The translations under genes and the position numbers were made by a program. A DNA stretch of 64,000 nt. It comes from Haliotis rufescens (lineage: Eukaryota). Location of the stretch: the NCBI RefSeq assembly GCF_023055435.1, contig NW_025963780.1:10416001-10480000 (forward strand). Direction: 5' to 3'. Shown here piece after piece: positions 52,701 through 61,749 of the stretch (positions are counted from its first letter, which is position 1; every line of letters starts with the position of its first letter). The notes beneath the pieces were generated by a model. The model searched no databases. It was not told the DNA's origin and was given only the letters and a program-made list of their open reading frames with translations.

Positions 52701-55700
52701 ATAATGGCCTGGTTGTTTTAGATAAAGTTGTCTTTTATAAGAGAACGAGATGTTTTACGGTTGTTCTTGTGACTAACAAGAAAACTATGTATGTTCCTTT
52801 AGCGTCGGAAAACCCATAACACAGGGATAATATGAATAGTTTTCTGAACCCCTCCATAATTGATGCTGTAGACAAATAAATGGATACAACTAAAAATTAA
52901 TACAAAATCAAAGTAACAATTAACTTTTAAAGTAGTAATTGATCAAATGTGTTGTATGTAGTCTCAGGCCACTGCAACCTTACATACACATACACATTAA
53001 GAATACAAGGCATTCTACACATCAAGTATCAGTAATTATTTTTGCCCTCTAAGCGGACCTAAACAAACTTCATGGCAAATTAAATAAAACAATATTGAGG
53101 TACACAAATATATTTATATTTCAACCTATCCAAGATAAAATATATAAACCATAAAATATAAATATTCATATGAGCCAATGTAACACTTTACACAAGACCT
53201 AGAACTGATCTGATTTCAGGATGTAGCATCTGATGACACTGTACACACAGAGCCCTGCATCAGCACAAGACATGTTTCCCAGATACAGGTAAAACTAACA
53301 TGACATTTAACTCACCATGCTGATGTGAGAACCCATTTAGTTTTGGCCGTCTGCTTCCACTGGTGTATGAGACCCTCCCAGGACACAGTGACAGGGGCAC
53401 AATGAACAACTGTGCACCTAGCAATCGCTCCAGGAGATGCCTCTACCAGGCTTGGGCTCTCGAAGATGAAAGCAGTTGTGTCTGAAGTTGTACAAAGAAG
53501 TTGTATTAAGGGCTTACAACATACAAGATAAACTTTTAAATGAGATTGACCCTTATGTCCAGCCATGGAAGCAACATGATTTACCAATCTTTCCCTGCTC
53601 TGGAGTTGTTGTTTACAATTTACTGTTAAGAAATTTGATTAATACACCTGTGTCAAGTAAAGCTGCAACATTTATTAATATCATTTATAAATACAATATC
53701 TTCATTTGACATGGACATGTTTTCCCCCAAACAGGAAAAGCAGGGTCCCACAGAAGGGTTCCCAATAATGAAATGTTCAGTTACAGTGACAAGAATACAT
53801 ATACATGAATATTCCCCCATATTGCTGCAACCCGTCTTGGGCAGGCAAACCAGTTGTTGATACAAGCAAGGATGAACACCATCAGGGTACAATGTCATCC
53901 AACCCAACCCGTCTTGGGCAGGCAAACCAGTTGTTGATACAAGCAAGGATGAACACCATCAGGGTACAATGTCATCCAACCCAACCCGTCTTGGGCAGGC
54001 AAACCAGTTGTTGATACAAGCAAGGATGAACACCATCAGGGTACAATGTCATCCAACCCAACCCGTCTTGGGTAGGCAAACCAGTTGTTAATACAAACAA
54101 GGATGAACACCATCAGGGTACAATGTCACCCAACCCAACCCGTCCTGGGCAGGCAAACCAGTTGTTAATACAAACAAGGATGAACACCATCAGGGTACAA
54201 TGTCACCCAACCCAACCCGTCTTGGGCAGGCAAACCAGTTGTTGATACAAGCAAGGATGAACACCATCAGGGTACAATGTCATCCAACCCAACCCGTCTT
54301 TGGCAGGCAAACCAGTTGTTGATACAAGCAAGGATGAACACCATCAGGGTACAATGTCATCGAACCCAACCCGTCTTTGGCAGGCAAACCAGTTGTTGAT
54401 ACAAGCAAGGATGAACACCATCAGGGTACAATGTCATCCAACCCAACCCGTCTTGGGTAGGCAAACCAGTTGTTAATACAAACAAGGATGAACACCATCA
54501 GGGTACAATGTCACCCAACCCAACCCGTCTTGGGTAGGCAAACCAGTTGTTAATACAAACAAGGATGAACACCATCAGGGTACAATGTCACCCAACCCAA
54601 CCCGTCTTGGGCAGGCAAACCAGTTGTTGATACAAGCAAGGATGAACACCATCAGGGTACAATGTCATCCAACCCAACCCGTCTTGGGCAGGCAAACCAG
54701 TTGTTGATACAAGCAAGGATGAACACCATCAGGGTACAATGTCATCCAACCCAACCCGTCTTGGGCAGGCAAACCAGTTGTTAATACAAACAAGGATGAA
54801 CACCATCAGGGTACAATGTCACCCAACCCAACCCGTCTTGGGCAGGCAAACCAGTTGTTGATACAAGCAAGGATGAACACCATCAGGGTACAATGTCACC
54901 CAACCCAACCCGTCTTGGGCAGGCAAACCAGTTGTTGATACAAGCAAGGATGAACACCATCAGGATACAATGACACCCAATACTCTGCATTGTAACCACT
55001 CATTCCTCAGGTGGGTCGGCTGCTACCTGCATTAAGTACAATCCATTCTGTCACAGAATCCCAATGGCGGATGCCAGCTACTCACCTCTCAACTTGACCT
55101 GCTCTCCGTTGGCCACAGACAGTTTGTGTTCCTCGTCCAGTAGAGTCTTGAGTCCGTCTGCCCACACAGCATCCAGGTCCCCATCCATCACCAACCAGCG
55201 CAGCAGAACAGACGGCAACTCTGTCTGATGCCGATTACGCTTCTCCGCCACCTTCTGGGCATCGATGTAGGCTCGCACAGCCAGCGACATGGCGTACGAG
55301 TCACTGGCAATCTTGGACATGATGCCCCCATGCCACAGGCCATTCTCAAAATGTCCAAACATCTGGAAGAGAACAAGCTTTTAAAAACCTGACAAATGAT
55401 GCACAGGAGAACCTTACATATCAGATCAAAGTGACTTGCTAAATCCAAACCATCTTGATAAACAACTTTCAAGAGTAGCAACAATACCTTTGAGATATTG
55501 TGAAATAAACAGTTTCCTGATAAAAGATTAATTGCATGCCTTTCAATGGTGATTCCCAGCTATGTGTTTGTTAGCTGGAAGGACATGTACAAGAAAACAG
55601 TATTTGTAGAAACATAGCACAGGAACAAGTGGGTAGAATAACATTAAACATCTTAATCCATTCATTGATAGTGGCCACAGGCCTAGTTTCTCATTTAACA

Positions 55701-58700
55701 CAACTGGCTGCTGGTTGTACCCTAACTGCAAGGTAGACAGAGGCAACAAGCTTGACTCCAAGTGGCAGCCTAGTTTCTCATTTAACACAACTGACTGCTG
55801 GTTGTACTACAAGGTAGACAGAGGCAACAAGCTTGACTCCAAGTGGCAGCCTAGTTTCTCATTTAACACAACTGGCTGCTGGTTGTACCCTAACTGCAAG
55901 GTAGACAGAGGCAACAAGCTTGACTCCAAGTGGCAGCCTTGTTTCTCATTTAACACAACTGGCTGCTGGTTGTACAGCAAGGTGGACAGTGGCAACAAGT
56001 TTGACAAGAGAGAACCTGTTAGAAAGTGTGTTCACCAGTATATGGTATAGCAATGAAGTAGTAATGGGAACATGACTATTAGCTTTTAGGGCCTGCATAC
56101 TGGCTGCAGCTGTTGAATACCCCAGGGAGAGAAGAGAGATCTAAATCTGTATCCAAGCCATGACCAAGTTGAAATGCAGCCCAGTGCTACTGGGCAGAGC
56201 CAGCAGTGGTGTCAGGTGGATGCCTCATGGCTGGAGAGTTGCTGATTCCATCTCACCTCACTAGGCGGCATGACAGTCGGGAGAAGGCGGATGAGGTCCA
56301 CTTTGGGGAACTTGGCACAGTCCATCATCTTCTCCTTCTCCTCTTGGTTGACTCGCTTCACATCGTCAAAGATTTCTTTGGTGGCCAACAGGTTCATATG
56401 AAGCAGTCGCATCTTATGGGAACCCTTGGTCTTCTTCTGCTTGAGATCCTCATCAATGTTCTGGAGAAACTGTAAGTTTGATGGTTAGAGGAGATTAAAC
56501 ACTCACTTCAACAGTTACATTATTTGATTCAAACCACATGACACATGATCAAATTGCATGTCTTGATTTAGTGTTGAACAGTGTCATGTCAGTGTCTGAT
56601 AGTCACAAGTCCCATACCAGTGTCTGACAGTCACATGTCCCATACCGGTGTCCGACAGTCACATGTCCCATACCGGTGTCCGACAGTCACATGTCCCATA
56701 CCAGTGTCTGACAGTCACATGTCCCATACCGGTGTCCGACAGTCACATGTCCCATACCAGTGTCTGACAGTCACATGTCCCATACCAGTGTCCGACAGTC
56801 ACATGTCCCATACCAGTGTCCGACAGTCACATGTCCCATACCGGTGTCTGACAGTCACATGTCCCATACCGGTGTCCGACAGTCACATGTCCCATACCGG
56901 TGTCCGACAGTCACATGTCCCATACCAGTGTCTGACAGTCACATGTCCCATACCAGTGTCCGACAGTCACATGTCCCATACCAGTGTCCGACAGTCACAT
57001 GTCCCATACCAGTGTCTGACAGTCACATGTCCTATAGCAGTGTCTGACAGTCACATGTCCCATACCAGTGTCTGACAGTCACATGTCCCATACCAGTGTC
57101 TGACAGTCACATGTCCCATACCAGTGTCTGACAGTCAAATGTCCCATACCAGTGTCCGACAGTCACATGTCCCATACCAGTGTCCGACAGTCACATGTCC
57201 CATACCAGTGTCCGACAGTCACATGTCCCATAGCAGTGTCTGACAGTCACATGTCCCATACCAGTGTCTGACAGTCACATGTCCCATACCAGTGTCTGAC
57301 AGTCACATGTCCCATACCAGTGTCAGACAGTCACATGTCCCATACCAGTGTCTGACAGTCACATGTCCCATACCAGTGTCAGACAGTCACATGTCCCATA
57401 CCAGTGTCTGACAGTCACATGTCCCATACCAGTGTCTGACAGTCATATGTCCCATACCAGTGTCAGACAGTCACATGTCCCATACCAGTGTCTGACAGTC
57501 ACATGTCCCATAGCAGTGTCCGACAGCCACATGTTCCATACCAGTGTCCGACAGTCATATGTCCCATAGCAGTGTCTGACAGTCACATGTCCCATACCAG
57601 TGTCTGACAGTCATATGTCCCATTCCAGTGTCTGACAGTCACATGTCCCATACCAGTGTCCGACAGTCACATGTCCCATACCAGTGTCCGACAGTCACAT
57701 GTCCCATACCAGTGTCCGACAGTCACATGTCCCATAGCAGTGTCTGACAGTCACATGTCCCATACCAGTGTCTGACAGTCACATGTCCCATACCAGTGTC
57801 TGACAGTCACATGTCCCATAGCAGTGTCCGACAGTCACATGTCCCATACCAGTGTCCGACAGTCACATGTCCCATACCAGTGTCCGACAGTCACATGTCC
57901 CATACCAGTGTCTGACAGTCACATGTCCCATACCAGTGTCTGACAGTCATATGTCCCATACCAGTGTCAGACAGTCACATGTCCCATACCAGTGTCTGAC
58001 AGTCACATGTCCCATAGCAGTGTCCGACAGCCACATGTTCCATACCAGTGTCCGACAGTCATATGTCCCATAGCAGTGTCTGACAGTCACATGTCCCATA
58101 CCAGTGTCTGACAGTCATATGTCCCATTCCAGTGTCTGACAGTCACATGTCCCATAGCAGTGTCCGACAGCCACATGTTCCATACCAGTGTCTGACAGTC
58201 ACATGTCCCATACCAGTGTCTGACAGTCACATGTCCCATAGCAGTGTCTGACAGTCACATGTCCCATACCAGTGTCTGACAGTCACATGTCCCATACCAG
58301 TGTCTGACAGTCACATGGCAGTGTCATGTAGTCATGGGTTTTGGTAAAACAATCAAATGATAAAGTTGAGCCATCACATCCTGGTTCAACCGTCACATGA
58401 CTTGACTCACAACACAATCAAGTTACAAAACTTATATCTTATATCAAGATTAATATCGTTTTATTTATACACAGCAATATCCAGAGAGATGATTGTCATG
58501 ATCATAACATAACAGCTTGTGTTCATTTCAAATTCTGAAAAAAAATGAAAAAATCAGTGGAAAAGAGTTACAACAGATGGATATGTGGACATGTGTTGGA
58601 TATGCCCCACAAGATTACAGACACACCAGTTTTATCTTGCATGAACAAAAGCAGAAACAGCAAAATATATCGTAAAACAAAACAAGCAAAATATACTGAA

Positions 58701-61700
58701 GCAAAACTAAACATCTAGGCTATATGTTAGGGAGGCAGTACTAGTTTAATATAGGATATATATCATACACTATGTTAATGATAGGTCATTCATTTTCTCT
58801 TGAAACAATGACAATAAACTGTACTGGTAAAATCAAGTTCCCCAAATGCCCTGTCAATCTGTGTTTAATGTTAGGGCCTGGTCATTCTTTATAAGGGCTG
58901 GATGGGTGAGGAACATAGATGAGGGCAAAACACACAGGCCCCTTAAAACATGGACAATGGTTCTGATAGAAGACTGTACCCAAATCCTAAACATACCATG
59001 CTAAAGTCTCCTTTGAACTGCATGTATGACACTGGACACTGACTCTAGCTTGGAAGCATAACAAACTCTTGCATTTGTATGACACCTTGTGCTTGAACTT
59101 GATATAAAATATTCTAAATATAAGAAAAGAAATATGAAAATAGGCCAAGTGTATGGATGACTCCACTGACATGTAACAACCTTTTGCTGGAGGGAAGTGC
59201 AGACCTATCAACAAGTCATGATATATACCGTATTCCACATAATAAGCACCCAGGGTGCTCTCCAAATTAGAAATAAGGGGCTCTTATTAGAACATTATTT
59301 TGGTGAAAAAAAAACAGAGTTGAAAGATCGTAAATTTTGGGGTTTATGCTGACAGCCTGAAATGTTTATATGAGACAGATATATTTTTCCAGAATTTAAT
59401 TGCCCATAAATAAGGGTGCATATAACACACAAGTGCATATTATACATGAATAAATAAGTCCTGTGTACATGGATCAATTGGAAGGGTGCTAATTGGGATT
59501 GTTTACTGGCTAATATATTAGCAAATATCGCTGTGGGCGCTTATTAGAGCAGGGCGCTTATTACGTTGAATACGGAATGTATTTAAGGGAGTGCAATCTT
59601 ATGTCAATCAGACCAAACGCTTTGTCTTATTTATCTCTTTTCTTCTGTATTTGTTTCTTTCTATTCTCATGATGATCATTCCTTATTCTCTTGTCTTCCA
59701 ACGTCATCTTTTGTACATATGTAAATAATATATGGAAATACCAAGGAGAGGGTGTCCTAAGTCCGATAATTTGCTCCTAATCCTTTTCAATTTGTGAATG
59801 AAATATATTTTAACTAAACTACAACCTGGTATAACAGACTGACATACAAAAACACTTGACACTACAGACAATATCCACATCAGCCTCTACTGCATGCTAG
59901 CCTACAATGTTGACAACACAACATACTGATACTGATATTGAGACAACAAACATGAGGGGAATAACCAGAGGAACTTTCATCAATCACAGCTTGGAAAAGT
60001 GTACTTCTTAAAGCACCGTTTCTCATCACTCAAGGACACCACAACATGTTATTGAGAAACGTATTCCTACAAACACTAAAGAGGTGAATATCGATCTCAT
60101 CTGTTACAAATGTAAATGTGTCGTTGAAGGATTCCAGAACAAAGTAACCATGGTAACTGTATATCCTGTAAATGGTTTAGTCAGTTTACAGATTTACAGT
60201 GCACTTGAAATTTATGACAAACAACATGGTATTTTTCTTGAAATGCTGACCCCAAATCACTATTGTGTTTCTGGCGTCCCCCTGGGCCACTGTGCCTTCC
60301 TCACACATCAGGAATTTCCCTCCATAATGTTGTGTTGTGTGCACTGATTTTGCTTGAGTCGGCCATCTTGTAGACATTCCAGAATATTCTTTTTTCAATT
60401 TATAAAGTTTGAATCGCGAAATTTGTCAGATTATTTTCCAAAGCGTAGTCTGGAATGGCAGACACCAATTTGAAATTAGTGTCGTAGAGCTCCAGAAATC
60501 TGCTTTCTGATTGGCTACTATTGACAAAAGGTCATTCTGATGTGATGGGATGACCTCAGATCTTTGTGCAGTGGGAGCAAGAACTAAATAGATCACTCTG
60601 GTATACAGGGAAAAGTCAAAAATAAATATTAAAAAAGTGTTTGTTTCTGTTGTTGAAAAAGTTATGAGACCACATTGCCATGAGTGTTGTGTTTGTCAAG
60701 ACGGTCTTGTAGGACTTGTAATTTACTGTATTGCACGCACAATATTATGGGGTCAAAACGTGAATTGTCATTCAGCAGCACAAAACAACATAGCTTTTCA
60801 CATATTTCTTTTCACTTTTCATTGTTTAAGTTTGGTGGATCTGTAAACCCACTTAATGTTTATCCTTAAGTCGATGTTGAAGTCATTGAGGCTAGACAGT
60901 TTTGTGGAACAGCTATGAAGGACTGAGTCTACCATGGCTGTGTGTGGATATTAATCTACCGGTCTATATACTAGATAGTAGGACACTACCTAATACGCAA
61001 TCTGGGGTTATATTACAACCACCATAACAGTTCAAGCAGTGACCACAACAAATACTTACTTCCTCTTCCAGTTCATCGACCTCCTCACCATCCTAGATAG
61101 AGAGTTAGTTGTAGTAGGTAAGCAGTGTCATACTTCAGGTACCACACACAGACCTCACACAACCTTTCATCATTTCCAAAATCATTCAGGTTCAGAACTG
61201 ATCTTCTACAATCCAGGCTGGCCATAAGATGCTACTAACAGGATTGGGTGGTCAGACTCGGTTGATGCATGTTATTGCATCCCAATTGCATAGGTCGATG
61301 CTGATGATGTCAACCCATTATTTACAGCCCACTGTCATATAGCTGCTATATTGCTGAGTGCGGCGTTAAATAACAAACATATAATCTATTACATACCATG
61401 ACATCCCTCTGTTCCCATGACATTTTACCCTTATGGCATAGATGGTTGTTCATACTATCAACCACTGGTTTGCCACTAATATATTATCTGCAGACTGCCA
61501 TTGCTGAACATTCACTCTGTCACCCTGCTCCTGACAAGACTTTACCTGCAGCTTCTGGGTCTTGTACTGGAAGACGAGATCTCTGTCAGTGGTGAGCTCA
61601 TCCTTGGAGTGGTCAGGGGCAAACAGCTTGTAGTTGAGGAAGTTGATGGCCCGGGCCAGCATGGTGGAACATGTGGACTTTCCGCTTCCAGCCTGTCCAG

Positions 61701-61749
61701 TGAGAATCACAGGTTGCTTCAGCTCCAGGGCTGTGTGGAGCTGCAGGAT
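7201..61749 (-). CDS. DNHD1: Divergent axonemal dynein heavy chain (DNHD1-like), partial multi-exon gene: 49 exons, AAA2 to C-terminal domain; start and stop not seen in window
   Basis: Exons splice in frame with matching phases. Motifs: AAA2 GQAGSGKS and WLVMDGDLDAVWAD; AAA3 GAAGVGKT, FFVDDLN, QPPLEVLRQ; AAA4 region HAARLSRIL..GHGLLLG; stalk YTPLTFMEFV; MTBD LSKNDIDELKSYREPP; AAA5 WPLLVDPDNQA; AAA6 GYWLLLQNYHL and HPQFRLWIT. Dynein heavy chain family is secure; DNHD1 orthology is inferred from divergence (about 0.5). Confidence 0.9.
7775..7880. repeat. (GAGT)n/(CAGT)n microsatellite
   Basis: direct reading. Confidence 0.95.
8700..8740. repeat. (TGT)n microsatellite
   Basis: direct reading. 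Confidence 0.9.
8767..8942 (-). CDS. Dynein HC exon
   Basis: AEKETANG...ARTFSLSHAAEQHLLAGKS; phase 0-2. Confidence 0.8.
10014..10304 (-). CDS. Dynein HC exon (AAA6 lid)
   Basis: PLALMHSLLLQHSYYG...WNLMDL...LIGRVYSDHCTDMCD. Confidence 0.9.
10532..11139. mobile_element. TA-flanked MITE (Tc1/mariner/pogo-like)
   Basis: Ends TACTGTAAATCTGGAAATTAATGCA / TGCGTTAATTACAAGATTTACAGTA form an imperfect 25-bp inverted repeat. Confidence 0.7.
11248..11372 (-). CDS. Dynein HC exon
   Basis: VLIQHGLRVTCEAKANFRSCLQKSY. Confidence 0.88.
11438..11605. other. Assembly gap (168 N) within an intron
   Basis: N run; flanking exon phases match, so no exon needs to lie in it. Confidence 0.99.
11924..12104 (-). CDS. 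Dynein HC exon (AAA6)
   Basis: IHPQFRLWITT...VIP. Confidence 0.92.
12319..16476. repeat. 39-bp minisatellite, about 107 copies
   Basis: unit GGCCCAGAAGTCACTATGGGGAGACAAGCATGGATACTA. Confidence 0.98.
16520..16734 (-). CDS. Dynein HC exon (AAA6)
   Basis: AIEDCLQSGYWLLLQNYHLA (dynein G.WvlLqNcHL motif). Confidence 0.93.
17189..19349. repeat. 20-bp minisatellite, about 108 copies
   Basis: unit (G/A)GGGTACAT(GT/TA)CTGTGTACT. Confidence 0.98.
19434..19599 (-). CDS. Dynein HC exon (AAA6)
   Basis: IAELSRAVVTYELG...TNQFTPTVFLLP. Confidence 0.9.
19968..20066 (-). CDS. Dynein HC exon
   Basis: ...ELSLFQKCLLWKFCCPHR (dynein lt.fqkLll.r.lRPDR motif). Confidence 0.88.
20964..21065 (-). CDS. Dynein HC exon
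   Basis: SWVDCNVLESLHHPFHGLCHSLLDNPSQWEEYFT|gtaagt. Confidence 0.88.
21239..21483 (-). CDS. Dynein HC exon
   Basis: RALELSN...MMFEQHYNLL...QKPSWIADK. Confidence 0.9.
21888..22200 (-). CDS. Dynein HC exon
   Basis: GPLLEDKTMLDSL...YIPMMRQSTMIYNTL...YYIPFYKFVDIF. Confidence 0.92.
22441..22625 (-). CDS. Dynein HC exon
   Basis: CCINMAVSDEAIINRLL...ERKEYE. Confidence 0.9.
23030..23205. repeat. 21/24-bp short tandem repeat
   Basis: AACACAATGGAACAATGGCCAGTG variants. Confidence 0.9.
23544..23729 (-). CDS. Dynein HC exon (AAA5)
   Basis: LDPLFRGLL...VRVGDMIFNYHPNFCLYLST. Confidence 0.94.
24087..24274 (-). CDS. Dynein HC exon (AAA5)
   Basis: ...NLWIIEADDPHLNSRLINAIVH; phase 2-1. Confidence 0.88.
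24489..24654 (-). CDS. Dynein HC exon (insert)
   Basis: MPIEAAFESAAD...ARTQN; phase 1-2. Confidence 0.78.
25053..25848 (-). CDS. Dynein HC exon (AAA5 with Ser/Asp-rich insert)
   Basis: GDALITAACVCYHGP...WRMTNLPTDLHSVQNALL...WPLLVDPDNQAEMWVK. Confidence 0.94.
26081..26203 (-). CDS. Dynein HC exon (stalk CC2)
   Basis: AQARLGHLRVEANRIK...IEKHIM|gtgagc. Confidence 0.88.
26606..26876 (-). CDS. Dynein HC exon (MTBD/CC2)
   Basis: WEEGKLLLIRDNFLQELIFYDKD...VSKAGESICLWVHAV. Confidence 0.94.
27424..27687 (+). mobile_element. SINE-like retroposon (family B) with 13-bp TSD
   Basis: ACCAAAGCTACTC at 27411-27423 and 27688-27700; tail GCTGGAATATTGCTGAGTGTGGTGTTAAAC(AACC)n; related copies at about 61200-61380 (+), about 33410-33530 (-) and about 42760-43440 (-, interrupted). 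Confidence 0.8.
27703..27848 (-). CDS. Dynein HC exon (microtubule-binding domain)
   Basis: VNPSYQAAQAALCALSKNDIDELKSYREPPDVIKFVINALCLLF. Confidence 0.94.
28173..28280. mobile_element. About 108-bp fold-back MITE
   Basis: GGGATCCGTTCCACAAAGC ... GCCTTGTGAAACGGGACCC; related copy at 51996-52105. Confidence 0.65.
28910..29005 (-). CDS. Dynein HC exon (stalk CC1)
   Basis: SLDKCKEQEEEI...AQTEFDK|gtcagt. Confidence 0.88.
29525..31690 (-). repeat. 21-bp minisatellite (about 100 copies) built from the exon 31681 donor junction
   Basis: gene-strand unit GTACATACAG|GTGGGTGGAGG. Confidence 0.97.
31681..31851 (-). CDS. Dynein HC exon (stalk CC1)
   Basis: VNIVKYEKALGKIDEA...HKEEYIQ|gtgggt. Confidence 0.9.
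32057..32266 (-). CDS. Dynein HC exon
   Basis: MAYIHLSA...RFYTPLTFMEFVHLF. Confidence 0.92.
32650..32900. repeat. Degenerate about 18-bp repeat
   Basis: GACTACCACAAGGTCAA variants. Confidence 0.8.
32920..33077 (-). CDS. Dynein HC exon
   Basis: RYPGLLKHCVSIDLFLPWSYQAFTTVA. Confidence 0.92.
33105..33222 (-). mobile_element. tRNA-derived SINE (internally deleted) with (ACTC)n tail and 13-bp TSD
   Basis: AGAATCATGTTGA at 33092-33104 and 33223-33235; B-box-like GGTTCGAT; 3' tail shared with family B. Confidence 0.8.
34076..34243 (-). CDS. Dynein HC exon (AAA4)
   Basis: TSPGLYSDAE...YIKRIKQNLHIIVCLN. Confidence 0.93.
34599..34770 (-). CDS. Dynein HC exon (AAA4)
   Basis: VYEPKPQTDRGYN...AGVVGKPAVLLIHED...LQDISTLMAE. 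Confidence 0.92.
35287..35382 (-). CDS. Dynein HC exon (degenerate AAA4 P-loop)
   Basis: AHPGGHGLLLGMSYCTGRATLARLAAYIAHCK. Confidence 0.92.
35719..35861 (-). CDS. Dynein HC exon (start of AAA4)
   Basis: CLAEYNTGTWQRLEVVFFTEAINHAARLSRIL. Confidence 0.93.
35870..36810. repeat. 41-bp minisatellite, about 23 copies
   Basis: unit TACACAGCAACAGCTTTCATGGAGCATGGGACATGCGCTTG. Confidence 0.97.
36809..37115. repeat. 46-bp minisatellite, about 7 copies
   Basis: unit CTGTTTCAGACACAGGGGAACTATAGGCTTGTACAAATCAGACAAA. Confidence 0.95.
37304..37397 (-). CDS. Dynein HC exon
   Basis: IKGGCSNVTDFIFSKF...VEK; phase 0-1. Confidence 0.82.
37708..37853 (-). CDS. Dynein HC exon
   Basis: SVTGGRTPSLRRQ...ALMSLEE|gtgagt; phase 1-0. 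Confidence 0.8.
38118..38225 (-). CDS. Dynein HC exon (insert)
   Basis: LGRISPDHEHPDG...GRSSV|gtaggt; 108 nt, phase 1-1. Confidence 0.7.
38971..38997 (-). CDS. Dynein HC candidate 27-nt micro-exon
   Basis: cacacag|(A)QDRQQQPP|gtgagt; phase 1-1. Confidence 0.55.
39725..39817 (-). CDS. Dynein HC exon (insert)
   Basis: VGELVSKGKVPGLRL...SSFTS|gtacgt; 93 nt, phase 1-1. Confidence 0.7.
39950..41150 (+). mobile_element. Decayed DIRS1-type tyrosine-recombinase retrotransposon fragment
   Basis: IDLFATSQN...YAFTPP...ILVAPWWPARSWF (DIRS methyltransferase-like domain); APFEPL...LTKKMVFLLALAT..VSKLNAL and EIRAVASTMA...FWRSNTIFISHY (tyrosine recombinase); frameshifted and deleted. Confidence 0.85.
41349..41495 (-). 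CDS. Dynein HC exon (acidic insert)
   Basis: EVTETETAGEVDH...STYGTPS|gtcagt; phase 1-1. Confidence 0.75.
41880..42225 (-). CDS. Dynein HC exon (low-complexity insert)
   Basis: actccag|GRSTPTKRG...THTDG|gtaaga; phase 0-1; S/T/D rich. Confidence 0.78.
42212..42605 (-). repeat. 49-bp minisatellite (about 8 copies) built from the exon 42225 acceptor junction
   Basis: gene-strand unit AGTAGTAGTAATAGTGGTAGTATTCACCACTCCAG|GGGCGATCTACTCC. Confidence 0.95.
42823..43361. mobile_element. Non-autonomous TIR DNA transposon nested in a SINE-like remnant
   Basis: CAGGCTTCAAAGTT / AACTTTGAGGCCTG inverted ends; ATAAC on both flanks. Confidence 0.7.
43518..43633 (-). CDS. Dynein HC exon
   Basis: QLWFSRTLEEAVVKHF...QSQF|gtgagt. 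Confidence 0.85.
43836..44036 (-). CDS. Dynein HC exon
   Basis: ...QLWCHECCRTFSDRLISSE (dynein LW.HE..RvF.DRL motif); acceptor position less certain. Confidence 0.88.
44296..45577. repeat. 43-bp minisatellite, about 30 copies
   Basis: unit ACACACTATGTTCTCTGTTTCATGGTTAACATCCTACATTGTT. Confidence 0.97.
45595..45781 (-). CDS. Dynein HC exon (AAA3 lid)
   Basis: LRPTPAHAHYVFSLHDISRVVQGI (dynein PTP.k.HY.Fnlrd motif). Confidence 0.92.
46016..46188 (-). CDS. Dynein HC exon
   Basis: LGHACHVMSSRLTRLFINL...EFGQ; an alternative in-frame acceptor 6 nt upstream (46194) is possible. Confidence 0.88.
47770..47901 (-). CDS. Dynein HC exon
   Basis: YQPPLEVLRQILTTGGVYDR; phase 1-1. Confidence 0.93.
48253..49659 (-). 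repeat. 61-bp minisatellite (about 23 copies) built from the exon 49635 donor junction
   Basis: gene-strand unit TCAACATGGCACAGAGGATAGGCT|GTAGGTTCATTGTGTTGTCACAATATTGTAG|CCCTTC. Confidence 0.97.
49635..49845 (-). CDS. Dynein HC exon (AAA3 Walker B)
   Basis: HLVLPK...LFFVDDLNMAQRIG T|gtaggt; phase 0-1. Confidence 0.88.
50204..50302 (-). CDS. Dynein HC exon (AAA3 Walker A)
   Basis: VDRYNYLLELFVSAHLPVLLTGAAGVGKTALIK. Confidence 0.95.
50419..50893. repeat. 34-bp minisatellite, about 14 copies
   Basis: unit GTGCACATCAGATTTACCTAGTGTGCATATGTAA. Confidence 0.95.
51240..51426 (-). CDS. Dynein HC exon
   Basis: FRERFSKF...GQVFDYCLDETSGTFTRW...FTPE; phase 2-0. Confidence 0.92.
51540..51711 (-). CDS. 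Dynein HC exon
   Basis: ...FAFAYIWSFGGSLHD (dynein lid motif); phase 1-2. Confidence 0.92.
51996..52105. mobile_element. Fold-back MITE, probably related to 28173-28280
   Basis: GTTGTACAAAGCAATCTT ... AAGATTGTTTTGTACAAC. Confidence 0.55.
52161..52402 (-). CDS. Dynein HC exon
   Basis: MKILDDLVKDVFPPT...ELKEED; phase 2-1. Confidence 0.88.
53316..53481 (-). CDS. Dynein HC exon
   Basis: FIFESPSLVEASPGAIARC (matches the dynein FE..dL..ASPATvSRC motif); phase 1-2. Confidence 0.92.
53828..54979. repeat. 77-bp minisatellite, about 15 copies
   Basis: unit CAACCCGTCTTGGGCAGGCAAACCAGTTGTTGATACAAGCAAGGATGAACACCATCAGGGTACAATGTCATCCAACC. Confidence 0.97.
55086..55362 (-). CDS. Dynein HC exon (AAA2 Walker B)
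   Basis: MFGHFENGLWHGG...WLVMDGDLDAVWADGLKTLLDEEHKLSVANGEQVKL; AG/GT borders. Confidence 0.93.
55680..56002. repeat. 81-87-bp tandem repeat, about 4 copies
   Basis: GCCTAGTTTCTCATTTAACACAACTGGCTGCTGGTTGTAC... repeated. Confidence 0.93.
56257..56469 (-). CDS. Dynein HC exon (AAA2 insert)
   Basis: cttacag|FLQNIDED...LLPTVMPPSE|gtgaga; 213 nt. Confidence 0.85.
56591..58317. repeat. 28-bp minisatellite, about 62 copies
   Basis: unit GTGTCTGACAGTCACATGTCCCATACCA. Confidence 0.98.
59228..59575. mobile_element. MITE with CCGTATT termini
   Basis: CCGTATTCCACATAATAAGCACCC / GGGCGCTTATTACGTTGAATACGG. Confidence 0.7.
61060..61092 (-). CDS. Dynein HC 33-nt acidic micro-exon
   Basis: ctatctag|DGEEVDELEEE|gtaagt; phase 0-0. 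Confidence 0.7.
61200..61380 (+). mobile_element. Diverged copy of SINE-like family B
   Basis: Similar to 27424-27687 (GGGTGGTCAG, CCCAATTGC, ATATTGCTGAGTGCGGCGTTAAA). Confidence 0.7.
61546..61749 (-). CDS. Dynein HC exon 1 in window (AAA2 Walker A)
   Basis: ctcctcag|ILQLHTALELKQPVILTGQAGSGKST...KLQ|gtaaag; 204 nt, phase 0-0. Confidence 0.9.

Noticed and set aside
59620-59715. Purine-rich minus-strand stretch resembling a charged exon
   Set aside because: Runs into a stop codon with no usable donor.
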